The notes below the pieces were generated by a model. The model saw only the letters and a program-made list of their open reading frames with translations. It had not been told where the DNA came from and ran no database searches. Below are positions 35,492-45,041 of a DNA stretch of 64,000 nucleotides, in pieces; position 1 is the first letter of the stretch; each line of letters starts with the position of its first letter. The DNA is from an uncultured Chitinophagales bacterium (GTDB lineage: Bacteria; Bacteroidota; Bacteroidia; Chitinophagales; BACL12): positions 132,350 through 196,349 of the forward strand of contig CAZBHH010000003.1 of the NCBI GenBank assembly GCA_964492065.1, given 5' to 3'. A program made the translations under genes and the position numbers.

Positions 35492-36718
35492 CTATAAGTC
35501 TTTCGGGTAACAAAGATAGTATTTTACCACAGGATCGGTCAATGAAGCCAGGTTCACATTATCCGAAGCGTGCAATATATCGCGGACAACGCCATTGCGA
35601 TATTTTATACCGATATTCTGCTCTTCCAACTGGTACGCTGCATTTGAAGTTGAATCATTGAAGACAAAATACTGTAAATCAAAAGGGTCTGAAATCTCAT
35701 ATTTCTGTTGTGCCTCCCGGGTAATCTTTGCTATGCGCTCCTTTGCGATAATTTCGTTTTCCAGCTCAATGCGAAACAGACGCCGGTTGATAAGCGCTCC
35801 GCATAAAAAAGCCAGTACTTTGTCTGCCGAAAACTGCCACCTCTTTAATGCGACGTAAATGTCCGAATCGTCCAACAGCGCAAAATTGTCAATCAGAGTT
35901 GCGTTTTCCGCAAAATTTTGTTCCGTAAAATCCCCGTATAAAAACATATCCAGAGCCGGGGTGGTCGGCGTACTTTCGTAGTTTTTTGACAGGTATTTAG
36001 CCCGTTTCAACGCCTTGATAAGCATCTGCTCGGCACATATCACCGTTTTGTGCAAATATACCTGCCAGTACATGATACGGCGGGCAATGATAAACTTCTC
36101 AACCGAGTAGATACCCTTCTGTTCAATCACCAGGCTGTCGTCGGCAACATCCATCATTTCGATGAGGCGGTCGTAACCGATTACTCCTTCATGCACGCCG
36201 GTAAAATAGCTGTCGCGGATCAGGTAGTCCAGCCGGTCCACATCCAACTGGCTGGAAACCAATTGGTGTAAAAACTTTTTGTGATAGCTGCCGGTAAATA
36301 TTTTTTGAGCCAGGCCGAGGCGGCCCTGAAATTGCACATTGAGTTTTTCAAAAAAGATATTTGAAAGCTGTTCGTGATTTACGGAGGAGACGATGGTATT
36401 TTCCAGGGCGTGGGAAAATGGCCCATGGCCGATATCGTGCAACAAAACGGCAATAGCTGCTGCTTCCGCTTCTGTTTCGGTGATTTCATTGCCCTTACTG
36501 CGCAAGACGTGCACCGCTTTCCCCAACAGGTGCATAGCGCCGATGGCGTGTTGGAACCGGGTGTGATTTGCCCCCGGATAAACCAGGTTGCTCAACCCCA
36601 GTTGTTGAATGCGGCGCAACCTCTGAAACCACGGATGTTCGATGATATCGTAAATAATCTCATGCGGAATGGTAATAAAGCCGTAAATTGGATCGTTAAG
36701 AATTTTTCTCTTATTCAA
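35492..36718 (-). CDS. HD domain-containing phosphohydrolase (dNTP triphosphohydrolase-like)
   Basis: RFQHAIGAMHL...LLHDIGHGPFSH...DVDRLDYLIRDS. Confidence 0.8.
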   Translation of the reverse strand: MNKRKILNDPIYGFITIPHEIIYDIIEHPWFQRLRRIQQLGLSNLVYPGANHTRFQHAIGAMHLLGKAVHVLRSKGNEITETEAEAAAIAVLLHDIGHGPFSHALENTIVSSVNHEQLSNIFFEKLNVQFQGRLGLAQKIFTGSYHKKFLHQLVSSQLDVDRLDYLIRDSYFTGVHEGVIGYDRLIEMMDVADDSLVIEQKGIYSVEKFIIARRIMYWQVYLHKTVICAEQMLIKALKRAKYLSKNYESTPTTPALDMFLYGDFTEQNFAENATLIDNFALLDDSDIYVALKRWQFSADKVLAFLCGALINRRLFRIELENEIIAKERIAKITREAQQKYEISDPFDLQYFVFNDSTSNAAYQLEEQNIGIKYRNGVVRDILHASDNVNLASLTDPVVKYYLCYPKDL

Positions 36719-36772
36719 ACCGGGAATTTTGATAATTTTCTTTTGCCACTGGCAGCAAAAATAAACCAGATA

Positions 36773-38326
36773 ATGAGTAATATAAAGATACTTTGGGCCG
36801 ATGATGAAATCGAATTGCTAAAACCCCAGATCCTGTTCCTGGAAGAAAAAGGCTATGGCGTGCTTCCCGTCAGCAACGGGCAGGATGCAATAGACATGTG
36901 TAACGATCCGGATGTCAACCTCATCTTTCTCGACGAGATGATGCCGGGCATATCGGGATTGGAGACACTGCAGCAGATAAAACAAAAACGCCCTACGGTT
37001 CCGGTGGTGATGATCACCAAAAACGAAACCGAAAACCTGATGGAAGACGCCATTGGCTCACAGATCAGCGATTACCTGATTAAGCCGGTAAAACCGCAAC
37101 AGATTTTGCTCACCATAAAAAAGCTGACCGACAACAAACGTCTGGTTTCCGAGAAAACCGATTCTATTTACCAGAAGGAGTTTCAAAACATATTTTTTTC
37201 ACTTCAGGAAAACCCGGATTTTCAACAGTGGTACGAGATATACAAAAAACTGTTGTATTGGGAGTTGCAATTAGATCAAAGCGGCGCATCGGGAATGAAA
37301 GATGTCTTCAACGCCCAAAAGACAGAGGCGAATGTGGAGTTTGGGAAATTCATCGATAAAAAATACCTCGGTTGGATTTCGGGTAAGGAAAAAAACAAAC
37401 CGGTGATGTCGCATACACTGTTTGACGAAAAAGTATTCCCCGCATTAAAAGAGGGCATTCCCACATTTTTTATTTTGATTGACAACCTGCGCCTCGACCA
37501 GTTTAAGACTATTGAGCCGCTGATCAGCGAATCGTTCCGGCTGGTGCAGGAGGATTATTTTTTCAGCATATTACCTACTGCGACACAATACAGCCGCAAT
37601 GCAATTTTTGCAGGGCTGTTGCCCAGCGAAATCGAGAAGCGCATGCCCAACATGTGGTTAAACGACGATGAAGAAGGCAGTAAAAACATGTATGAAGAAG
37701 AATTTCTGAAAGACAATATCACCCGCAACCGCAAAAACCTGAAGTTCAGCTATCGCAAAATACTGAATCACGCCGAAGGGAAAGATTTTGAAGAGAATAT
37801 CCTGAACCTGATGCATAACGACCTGAATGTGGTGGTCTATAATTTTGTGGATATGCTCTCGCATGCCCGCACCGAAATGGAAGTGCTCAAGGAACTGGCA
37901 AGCGACGAAACCGCTTACCGCTCCCTTACTCGCAGTTGGTTTGACCATTCGCCACTCTACGACGCCTTGCGGAAACTGGCGGGTAAAAAAGTACAGATCA
38001 TCATCACTACCGATCACGGGACGATTCGTGTCAATACGCCCTCGAAGGTGATTGCCGACCGCAATACCACAACCAACCTGCGGTATAAAAGCGGAAAGAA
38101 TCTGCAATACAATAAAAAGGAAGTGATGGAAATAAAAAATCCCGCTGAGGCGGGATTACCGAAAATGTACCTGAGCAGTTCCTTCATTTTTGGCAAAGGC
38201 GATATTTTCCTTGCCTATCCCAATAACTACAATTACTACGTAAATTATTTTAAAAATACATTTCAACACGGCGGCATTTCACTGGAAGAAATGATCATTC
38301 CCTTTGCCGTTTACACGAATTATTAA
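36773..38326 (+). CDS. porX: PorX-type response regulator: receiver domain fused to a PglZ (alkaline-phosphatase-superfamily) domain
   Basis: The receiver is KILWADDEIELLKPQILFLEEKGY...LIFLDEMMPGISG...DYLIKP. The C-terminal PglZ-like motifs are FILIDNLRLDQ...VYNFVDMLSH...TTDHG. The start is at the ATG at 36773, because the track ORF extension overlaps the HD gene. Confidence 0.8.
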   Translation: MSNIKILWADDEIELLKPQILFLEEKGYGVLPVSNGQDAIDMCNDPDVNLIFLDEMMPGISGLETLQQIKQKRPTVPVVMITKNETENLMEDAIGSQISDYLIKPVKPQQILLTIKKLTDNKRLVSEKTDSIYQKEFQNIFFSLQENPDFQQWYEIYKKLLYWELQLDQSGASGMKDVFNAQKTEANVEFGKFIDKKYLGWISGKEKNKPVMSHTLFDEKVFPALKEGIPTFFILIDNLRLDQFKTIEPLISESFRLVQEDYFFSILPTATQYSRNAIFAGLLPSEIEKRMPNMWLNDDEEGSKNMYEEEFLKDNITRNRKNLKFSYRKILNHAEGKDFEENILNLMHNDLNVVVYNFVDMLSHARTEMEVLKELASDETAYRSLTRSWFDHSPLYDALRKLAGKKVQIIITTDHGTIRVNTPSKVIADRNTTTNLRYKSGKNLQYNKKEVMEIKNPAEAGLPKMYLSSSFIFGKGDIFLAYPNNYNYYVNYFKNTFQHGGISLEEMIIPFAVYTNY

Positions 38327-38368
38327 AGACTCGTTTGTCGCACCGCCGCTTTCAATTAGCTTTGTTCA

Positions 38369-38788
38369 ATGCAATACAAATGGCTATCGGAAAATGCGGA
38401 GGCGACAGCGTCCATCGCCGCAGAAATAATTGCCGTTGCCGGGCACAACAAAAAATTTACGGTTACCGGTGTTATGGGAGCCGGTAAAACGACATTGATA
38501 GCGGCAATTTGCCGGGCACTTCAAATCACCGACCCGGTCAACAGCCCCACATTTGCCATCGTGCATACCTATGGTACGGACACGCCCGTGTTTCACTTCG
38601 ACCTGTACCGGGTACGGAACAACCACGAGTTGGAAGACCTGGGGTTCGAGGACTACCTCCATGCGGATTCCTATATATTCATCGAGTGGCCTGAAATGGT
38701 AATGGAATACCTGAAACAAAGCGGTTTTAAAAATATAGATATCCAATTGACCCCTGAAAACAAAAGAATGATTAATTTAGAGATATGA
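38369..38788 (+). CDS. tsaE: tRNA threonylcarbamoyladenosine biosynthesis ATPase TsaE
   Basis: P-loop GVMGAGKTT, SPTFAIVHTY, HFDLYR. Confidence 0.85.
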   Translation: MQYKWLSENAEATASIAAEIIAVAGHNKKFTVTGVMGAGKTTLIAAICRALQITDPVNSPTFAIVHTYGTDTPVFHFDLYRVRNNHELEDLGFEDYLHADSYIFIEWPEMVMEYLKQSGFKNIDIQLTPENKRMINLEI

Positions 38789-40014
38789 GCGATACACCAC
38801 ACAAATCGATAGCTTCGGAACTCGCCTCGCAGGCGGGCATCCAGGTGATGGAACAACGGCTGGAGCAAACCCGCAAGAAACAATCTCTATTTATCGGTAT
38901 TCCAAAAGAAAATGCATTTTACGAAAACCGGGTACCACTTTCACCCGAAAGCGTGGAGATGCTGACAAATAACGGCATGCATATCCTGATCGAGAGCCGG
39001 GCGGGAGAAGCGAGCCGGTTCAGCGATAAGGACTTCAGCGAAGCGGGCGCACGCATCGTGTACGACAAAAAAGAAGTGTACAAAGCCGACATCCTGTTGA
39101 AAGTAGCCCCTCCCACCCTGGCAGATATGGATTTGTTTCAGATGAATCAGATTGTGATTACGCCGCTGCATTTGCCAACTATTAAAAAGGAAATCATCAA
39201 TACCCTCGTAAACAAAAAAGTTACCGCATTTGCATTTGAATATTTAAAAGACGAATCCAACACCTACGCATTTGTGCGCTGCATGAGTGAAATTGCCGGC
39301 AGCTCTTCTATACTTATCGCATCGGAATTGCTTGCGGATAATACCCATGGCCGCGGAAATCTTTTGGGGGGGCTTTCGGGAATTCCACCGACACAAATTT
39401 TAATTTTAGGCGCCGGCGTGGTGGGCGAATTTGCCGCCCGTGCTGCGCTGGGTCTGGGTGCATCCATCAAAATTTTCGATTACAATGTGTATAAACTCAG
39501 CCGTCTGCAGAACAATATCGGTTCGAGGATTTATACTTCTACCATTAATCCGAAAACGCTGTTGAAAGACATTCGCACTACCGATGTCGTAGTCGGCGCA
39601 ATCCACAGCGAAACGGGAAGGACACCGGTAATCGTCACCGAAAGCATGGTGATGGAAATGAAACCGGGCAGTGTAATTATCGATGTGAGTATTGACCAGG
39701 GCGGATGTATAGAAACCAGCGAAGTAACCACCCATGCCAAGCCCACATTTATTAAACACGATGTCATCCACTATTGCGTACCCAATATCCCGTCGCGAGT
39801 ACCACGCACCGCCTCCTATGCCATCAGCAATATAGTAGCCGGCACATTAATGAAATTCCACGAGTTTGGCGGCATGGAAAATTTAATTCAAATGAATGCG
39901 GGTATCCGTCATGGTGTGTATATCTATAAAGGCCATATGACCAACGCCTATCTCGCCAACCGGTTTGATTTGAAGTACACCGATATCAATTTATTATTGA
40001 CCAGTAACCATTGA
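38785..40014 (+). CDS. Alanine dehydrogenase / PNT-alpha family NAD-binding dehydrogenase
   Basis: FIGIPKENAFYENRVPLSPESV, Rossmann loop ILGAGVVGEFAARAA. The ATG overlaps the tsaE stop (ATGA). Confidence 0.75.
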   Translation: MSDTPHKSIASELASQAGIQVMEQRLEQTRKKQSLFIGIPKENAFYENRVPLSPESVEMLTNNGMHILIESRAGEASRFSDKDFSEAGARIVYDKKEVYKADILLKVAPPTLADMDLFQMNQIVITPLHLPTIKKEIINTLVNKKVTAFAFEYLKDESNTYAFVRCMSEIAGSSSILIASELLADNTHGRGNLLGGLSGIPPTQILILGAGVVGEFAARAALGLGASIKIFDYNVYKLSRLQNNIGSRIYTSTINPKTLLKDIRTTDVVVGAIHSETGRTPVIVTESMVMEMKPGSVIIDVSIDQGGCIETSEVTTHAKPTFIKHDVIHYCVPNIPSRVPRTASYAISNIVAGTLMKFHEFGGMENLIQMNAGIRHGVYIYKGHMTNAYLANRFDLKYTDINLLLTSNH

Positions 40015-40322
40015 TTAAGTAAAAAGGAATCGCATCAAACATACATCTCGAATTATAGAAACTTACAATCCATATAAGCTTCGGTAATTTTATTTTCATT
40101 TTTGTTTACGTGTTGTGCGATCACAAACGCTGTGCATGTTCCATGAGGGAAGGTTTTCCGCCTCCTGCAAAACACGCTCGGCTCTCACCTGTCTTAAATA
40201 AAACGCAATCCTTATTACTTGAAGTCACGGGTTTCGTTTCGCCTCTGCGCCAAGCCGGTTAACAGATGCATGCAGTTGCTGGATATTTAGGATTATACAA
40301 CGTTAAATAGGACAGAGATATT

Positions 40323-40330
40323 TATTTTTG
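40323..40330 (+). promoter_or_regulatory. Candidate -7 box TATTTTTG upstream of the CapA-family gene
   Basis: Exact TAnnTTTG match 8 nt upstream of the ATG at 40338. Confidence 0.35.
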
Positions 40331-40337
40331 ACGATTA

Positions 40338-41519
40338 ATGATTCAAGTGAAACTCTTAATAGTCTCTATTACATTCTGCCTGGTGTTGGGCGATTATGTA
40401 TTGCACACACGGGATTTGCAGCGGGACATGGCGTCGCAACCACTGCATGCCGAAGCGCAAACCGGCGATAGCATTCGCACCTTTGTGATTGCTGCGGTAG
40501 GTGATTTAATGTGTCATGGTTCGCAGTTCCGCAATGTGGCTCTGGCAGATGGCTCGTACGATTTCCAGCCCTGTTTTGAATTTATCAAACCCTATATTGC
40601 AGGTGCGGATTTTGCCGTAGGTAATTTGGAGACTACCTTTGCCGGCGACGGCATTCCCTATAGCGGCTTCCCTTTATTCAATACACCCGATGCTTTTGCA
40701 ACTGCATTAAAAACCGCGGGTTTTGATTTTGTAACTACCGGCAACAACCATTCTAACGATATGGGAACAAACGGAATCTTGCGCACGATAGATGTACTCG
40801 ACAGTGTGGGCTTATTGCATACCGGCACTTTCAAGTCGCAAGCCGAACGGGATTCTGTACAGGTTATCCAAATCGCCGGAACTGATGTCGCCATTTTAAA
40901 CTACACCTACTCCACCAATGGCATAGACCTGCCGCCGGATAAATCGTATTTGGTGAACAGTATTGACTCGGCAACCATAGTAAACGATATTCAACAGGCA
41001 AAAGACCGGCAGGCGGAACTCGTCATTGTATATTACCACTACGGCGAAGAATACCGGCGCATGCCTTCCGACTATCAAAAGAAATATAACCGCATAGCGA
41101 TAAACGCCGGCGCCGATATTATTTTGGGCAGTCACCCACATGTGATAGAACCCGCCGCATTTTTTCCAACGGTCAACGCCTCTATCGATACGGGATTTGT
41201 CATTTACAGTATGGGCAATTTCATTTCCAATCAAAGAGACCCGTTTACCTACGAAGGGGTCATCATCAACCTGCACTTCGAAAAGAACCTGCGCACAAAC
41301 AAACTGAAATTGCAAACAGTGGATTATGTCCCGACCTGGGTGTACCGCGGAACCAACCCCGAAAAAAAACTGCACGTCGTATTTCCCGCAACCGACACCA
41401 TTCAACCCCAAGCGGATTACCTGAAGCTCAAAGACAAACTGGAAATACTGCAGGCAAAAAAAAATACGGCGGCAATTTTAAACACCTATACCGACAGGCT
41501 GCAACCGGTTGAAAAATAA
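40338..41519 (+). CDS. CapA family protein (metallophosphatase-fold; poly-gamma-glutamate capsule synthesis-like)
   Basis: AAVGDLMCH, GNLETT, TGNNHSNDMG, HYGEEY, SHPHV. Confidence 0.75.
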   Translation: MIQVKLLIVSITFCLVLGDYVLHTRDLQRDMASQPLHAEAQTGDSIRTFVIAAVGDLMCHGSQFRNVALADGSYDFQPCFEFIKPYIAGADFAVGNLETTFAGDGIPYSGFPLFNTPDAFATALKTAGFDFVTTGNNHSNDMGTNGILRTIDVLDSVGLLHTGTFKSQAERDSVQVIQIAGTDVAILNYTYSTNGIDLPPDKSYLVNSIDSATIVNDIQQAKDRQAELVIVYYHYGEEYRRMPSDYQKKYNRIAINAGADIILGSHPHVIEPAAFFPTVNASIDTGFVIYSMGNFISNQRDPFTYEGVIINLHFEKNLRTNKLKLQTVDYVPTWVYRGTNPEKKLHVVFPATDTIQPQADYLKLKDKLEILQAKKNTAAILNTYTDRLQPVEK

Positions 41520-41549
41520 TTCTGGCATTGAATTCGTTGAAGGGGAAAT

Positions 41550-42110
41550 ATGCAAACTCGTTTATTATTCATCGGTTTATTGTGTATTGCAGCGCTGCAT
41601 AGCCGGGCGCAAATCGGCCTGTTTAAAAAGAGCGAGGCTTCGGATACGCAGTACCACGTCAACCTGGACACCGTAAATATCGAAGCGAGGTCATTGCGGA
41701 ATTACAATTTCAATCGCTATGCCTATATCGTGGCGAAGATGTATCCCATTGCCGATACGGCGATAACGCTGATGCACCAGGTGGAGGCAACAACGGCGGA
41801 CATGAAAAAAAGAGAGAAAAAAAAATACCGCCGGCAACTGGAAAAGGAATTAAAGGAACAATTTGAAGACCGCTTAAAAAATCTGTCACGCACGGAAGGC
41901 ACCGTCCTGATTAAAATAATTGAGAGAAACACAGGCCGCACCATGTACGACATTTTGGATTCAATGAAAAACCGGGGTACGGCGATGTGGTGGCAGGGAT
42001 TGGGCAAGTTGTACGGTTACAATTTAAAAGAGGGCTACGACCCCGCGGCCAACCCGATGCTGGAAATTATCATACACGAATACGAGGTAAAGAGGCAGAT
42101 TGTAAAATAA
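41550..42110 (+). CDS. DUF4294-like secreted protein
   Basis: Signal peptide MQTRLLFIGLLCIAALHSRAQ. Also LSRTEGTVLIKIIERNTGRTMYD and WWQGLGKLYGYNLKEGYDP. Confidence 0.55.
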   Translation: MQTRLLFIGLLCIAALHSRAQIGLFKKSEASDTQYHVNLDTVNIEARSLRNYNFNRYAYIVAKMYPIADTAITLMHQVEATTADMKKREKKKYRRQLEKELKEQFEDRLKNLSRTEGTVLIKIIERNTGRTMYDILDSMKNRGTAMWWQGLGKLYGYNLKEGYDPAANPMLEIIIHEYEVKRQIVK

Positions 42111-42111
42111 A

Positions 42112-42135
42112 AAAAGTATCGTCGCCGATACTTTT
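42112..42135. terminator. Bidirectional intrinsic terminator between DUF4294 and secG
   Basis: aaaagtatcg / tcgc / cgatactttt forms a perfect 10-bp stem, with an A-tract on one side and a T-tract on the other. Confidence 0.75.
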
Positions 42136-42156
42136 ATTATAATTTTCACATGCGCA

Positions 42157-42531
42157 TTATTCGGTAGGCAACGGTTCCTGGGTCTCCTTGTCCGGGGTGG
42201 TATTAACCGGTTCGGTTCCCAAACTACCCGCGGTGTCGGAAGCGGGCGCCTGGAACATAGGCTGCTCGGCCTGGGGAGTCAGCACATTGTTCTGCACGGA
42301 GGAAGAACCCGGCGTGAACGCCGCAGTACCCAGGCTCAGCACGATAACGGCAATTGCCAGCCCCCAGGTAATTTTCTCCACATCATCGGAGGTGCGCTTA
42401 TAGCCGAACATCTGTGTAGCGGCGCCGCCGAAAGTGCCACTCAGCCCACCGCCTTTGGGGTTTTGAATCAACACTACCAGCGACAGAATCACACAAATGA
42501 TGAGTATTAAAATCAGGATAAACGTAAACAT
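42157..42531 (-). CDS. secG: Preprotein translocase subunit SecG
   Basis: MFTFILILILIICVILSLVVLIQNPKGGGLSGTFGG. Confidence 0.85.
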   Translation of the reverse strand: MFTFILILILIICVILSLVVLIQNPKGGGLSGTFGGAATQMFGYKRTSDDVEKITWGLAIAVIVLSLGTAAFTPGSSSVQNNVLTPQAEQPMFQAPASDTAGSLGTEPVNTTPDKETQEPLPTE

Positions 42532-42534
42532 ATA

Positions 42535-43302
42535 TCAGCTCTTTCTGAGTTCTTCAATTTTGGCTGCAAAGTAACTCTTTTTTTCCGGGTATTTCAAACA
42601 CAGCTTTTCATATACTTCGATTGCCTTTTTGGTATTTCCCTGAATTGCCAGCACGAGAGCGAATGTCTCGGTAATGATATTGTTGTCCATGGCAATGCTT
42701 TTGGCAGCCATCTGCCTGGCATCTGCTTCATTAAATATGTGGTTTTCCGCCCCTTCGCCATCCACATCGATTTGAATGGGGCGGTTTCTTTCCCCGGGCT
42801 CCACAGTACGCACATTGTAAGTGCCGGTAATGGCGGTCACCCATCCCGAAAAGGTATGCATTTCGGTTCGGGTATCGCTATCCGTTTCTTCCGGCCGCAC
42901 CGCAATGACTTCCTCATCCATCCCGGATAGGGCGCCCATCAACTCCATTTCATAAGGGATGGTCTCGAATATCGGCGTCTCCTGTTTCTCTTCAGGCGGC
43001 AACTGTTCTGTCCGGGTATCTCCGCTCCCGGCTATCGCGGTTTCTGCCGCCGGCGCAGTCAACGGAGTCCTCTCAATAAACTGGAACAGGCGCTCCCGGT
43101 CGTATGTATGTATTGCCGCCAATGCCAGCGCATTTTCAAACCCGGGATCCGAATCGCAGTGCATTTTTTTGGCATACAACACATGCGACAAAGTGAAATA
43201 GGCGTACCGGTGTGCAAATGCCTCTAACTCCTCCACAGAAATATCCGCCAGGACATTGACATTGTTCAGTAATCTATTAAATGTTTCCTTCTGCATAATC
43301 AC
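42535..43302 (-). CDS. Conserved hypothetical protein with a C-terminal TPR-like helix pair
   Basis: The C-terminus ...LAIQGNTKKAIEVYEKLCLKYPEKKSYFAAKIEEL and its position between lptE and secG. Confidence 0.55.
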   Translation of the reverse strand: MIMQKETFNRLLNNVNVLADISVEELEAFAHRYAYFTLSHVLYAKKMHCDSDPGFENALALAAIHTYDRERLFQFIERTPLTAPAAETAIAGSGDTRTEQLPPEEKQETPIFETIPYEMELMGALSGMDEEVIAVRPEETDSDTRTEMHTFSGWVTAITGTYNVRTVEPGERNRPIQIDVDGEGAENHIFNEADARQMAAKSIAMDNNIITETFALVLAIQGNTKKAIEVYEKLCLKYPEKKSYFAAKIEELRKS

Positions 43303-43805
43303 CAGTCTGAAGCCGTTTTCAAATATATATCATCTGCCAGTTGCAGGGAAATCTTTTGAATCAATTCATTTTCCACGGCGCTCAGCGATTGGGTGCTCGG
43401 ATAATCCTCGAACCGCGAGAATGTCTGGCTCCAGTTCTCCTTTTCGTTTTTGTGGTTTACGAAATCCACTTTCACGCCGATTGTCAAGCGGTTCAATGCC
43501 GTCGTCTCATTACCCGTTGGCGCAATGGGCGTACTGGCATACTGCGTAATGGCGCCGCTGAACTCCCAATCGCCGCCGTTGTCCTTTAGATACAACCTGG
43601 TCTCCGAAGTGAATTTATCTTTCAGTGTTTCGGTAAAGGTCTGGCTGAGCGAGGTGGCCACAAAATTCGACTGGTTGGCGAAGTAATTTACAGTGACGGT
43701 CTGAATCTGGGGATCAATACGGTTGCCCTGAAAGGTATAACAACCCGAAAGCGGCACTGCGATGCCTAACCCTATTGCGAGCCAAAGTCTTACAATTACC
43801 TTCAT
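43299..43805 (-). CDS. lptE: LptE-family LPS-assembly lipoprotein
   Basis: Lipobox PLSGC, 168 aa, and its conserved position downstream of the sigma-54 activator. Confidence 0.65.
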   Translation of the reverse strand: MKVIVRLWLAIGLGIAVPLSGCYTFQGNRIDPQIQTVTVNYFANQSNFVATSLSQTFTETLKDKFTSETRLYLKDNGGDWEFSGAITQYASTPIAPTGNETTALNRLTIGVKVDFVNHKNEKENWSQTFSRFEDYPSTQSLSAVENELIQKISLQLADDIYLKTASDW

Positions 43806-45040
43806 CCGGGCAGGTTGTATTCTTTAATTTTCCGATACAGGGTGCGTTCGGATATGCCGAGGTCCAACGAGGCGTCTTTGCGCTTTCCCTTATGCTTCTG
43901 CAGCGCCTTTACAATCAATTCCTTTTCATTGTCGGAAAGCGATAGATTTTCCTCCACTGTATTTTCGGTATAATGCTTGGCCTGGTCGATAATTATCGGC
44001 CGGCTCTCAGAAGCCTCGGTTTCGAATGCCGGATGTATATTCGGTTGAATGGCATCGCTAAACAAATTATTTCCCTGGTGAAATTCCGTCTTGAGTTGAT
44101 TTGCTTCGGCCATTGTCAGCACAAATTGTTTCAGGTCGGTAATATCCTTTTTCATATCGAACAACACCTTATACAAAATATCCCGCTCCGAAAAATCGGA
44201 GCCTGCGGTGTGCACCGAAGCGTGCCCCGAAAGCACCGGCAGATGCGACTTTCTCTGCTCGGGTAAAAAGCTGTGAATGGCGTCTGCATTTAATTTGGTG
44301 TCCTTGGCGAGGACAGAAATCTGTTCTGCCACATTCTTCAACTCCCGTATATTTCCCGGCCAGTGGTATTCCTGCAGGGCATGGATTGCCGATTCGTCCA
44401 ACTGGATGGAAGCCGTGCGGTATTTCTCGGCGAAATCCGAACTGAATTTTCTGAATAATAAATAAATATCTTCCTTGCGGTCACGCAATGCGGGCACCTG
44501 GATGGGTACGGTGTTTAAGCGGTAGAACAGGTCTTCGCGGAATTTGCCGGCGGCGATTAAATGATGCAGGTCCACATTGGTTGCGGCAACCACCCGCACA
44601 TCCGTTTTCTGGACTTTTGAGGATCCCACCCGGATAAATTCGCCGGCTTCCAGAACTCGCAATAATCTCGATTGCGTACCCAATGGCAATTCGCCCACTT
44701 CGTCTAAGAATATGGTTCCGCCATTCACGGTCTCAAAATACCCTTTCCGGTCATCCAATGCATTGGTAAACGAGCCCTTCACATGGCCAAACAACTCGGA
44801 GTCAATGGTGCCTTCGGGGATTGCGCCGCAGTTTACGGCAATAAACGGCCCGTGTTTTCTCACCGAATACTGGTGGATTATCTGTGAAAATATCTCTTTG
44901 CCGACGCCGCTTTCACCGGTGATGAGAACATTCAGGTTGGTGGGCGCCACCCGTGCCGCTATGCTGATGGCGTAATTGAGCCCCGGGTTATTGCCGATAA
45001 TCCCAAATCGCTGTTTTATGCTTTGTATTTCCGTTGACAT
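43802..45040 (-). CDS. Sigma-54-dependent transcriptional activator (AAA+ plus Fis-type HTH, no receiver or sensor domain)
   Basis: Walker A GESGVGKE, the GAFTGA-like loop GHVKGSFTNA, the Walker B/R-finger region, and the C-terminal HTH ASLDLGISERTLYRKIKEY. The start was set at the ATG at 45038-45040, 1 nt after the miaB stop. Confidence 0.85.
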   Translation of the reverse strand: MSTEIQSIKQRFGIIGNNPGLNYAISIAARVAPTNLNVLITGESGVGKEIFSQIIHQYSVRKHGPFIAVNCGAIPEGTIDSELFGHVKGSFTNALDDRKGYFETVNGGTIFLDEVGELPLGTQSRLLRVLEAGEFIRVGSSKVQKTDVRVVAATNVDLHHLIAAGKFREDLFYRLNTVPIQVPALRDRKEDIYLLFRKFSSDFAEKYRTASIQLDESAIHALQEYHWPGNIRELKNVAEQISVLAKDTKLNADAIHSFLPEQRKSHLPVLSGHASVHTAGSDFSERDILYKVLFDMKKDITDLKQFVLTMAEANQLKTEFHQGNNLFSDAIQPNIHPAFETEASESRPIIIDQAKHYTENTVEENLSLSDNEKELIVKALQKHKGKRKDASLDLGISERTLYRKIKEYNLPG

Positions 45041-45041
45041 A

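Noticed and set aside
36374-36772. A 133-codon N-terminal extension of the PorX ORF as given in the track
   Set aside because: The extension overlaps the 5' end of the divergent HD-domain gene and has junk-like composition. The receiver domain begins right after the ATG at 36773 (MSNIKILWADDE).
38357-38364. A TAGCTTTG -7-like box only 4 nt upstream of the tsaE ATG
   Set aside because: The spacing would require a leaderless mRNA. I cannot distinguish that from a chance match, so it is not reported as a feature.
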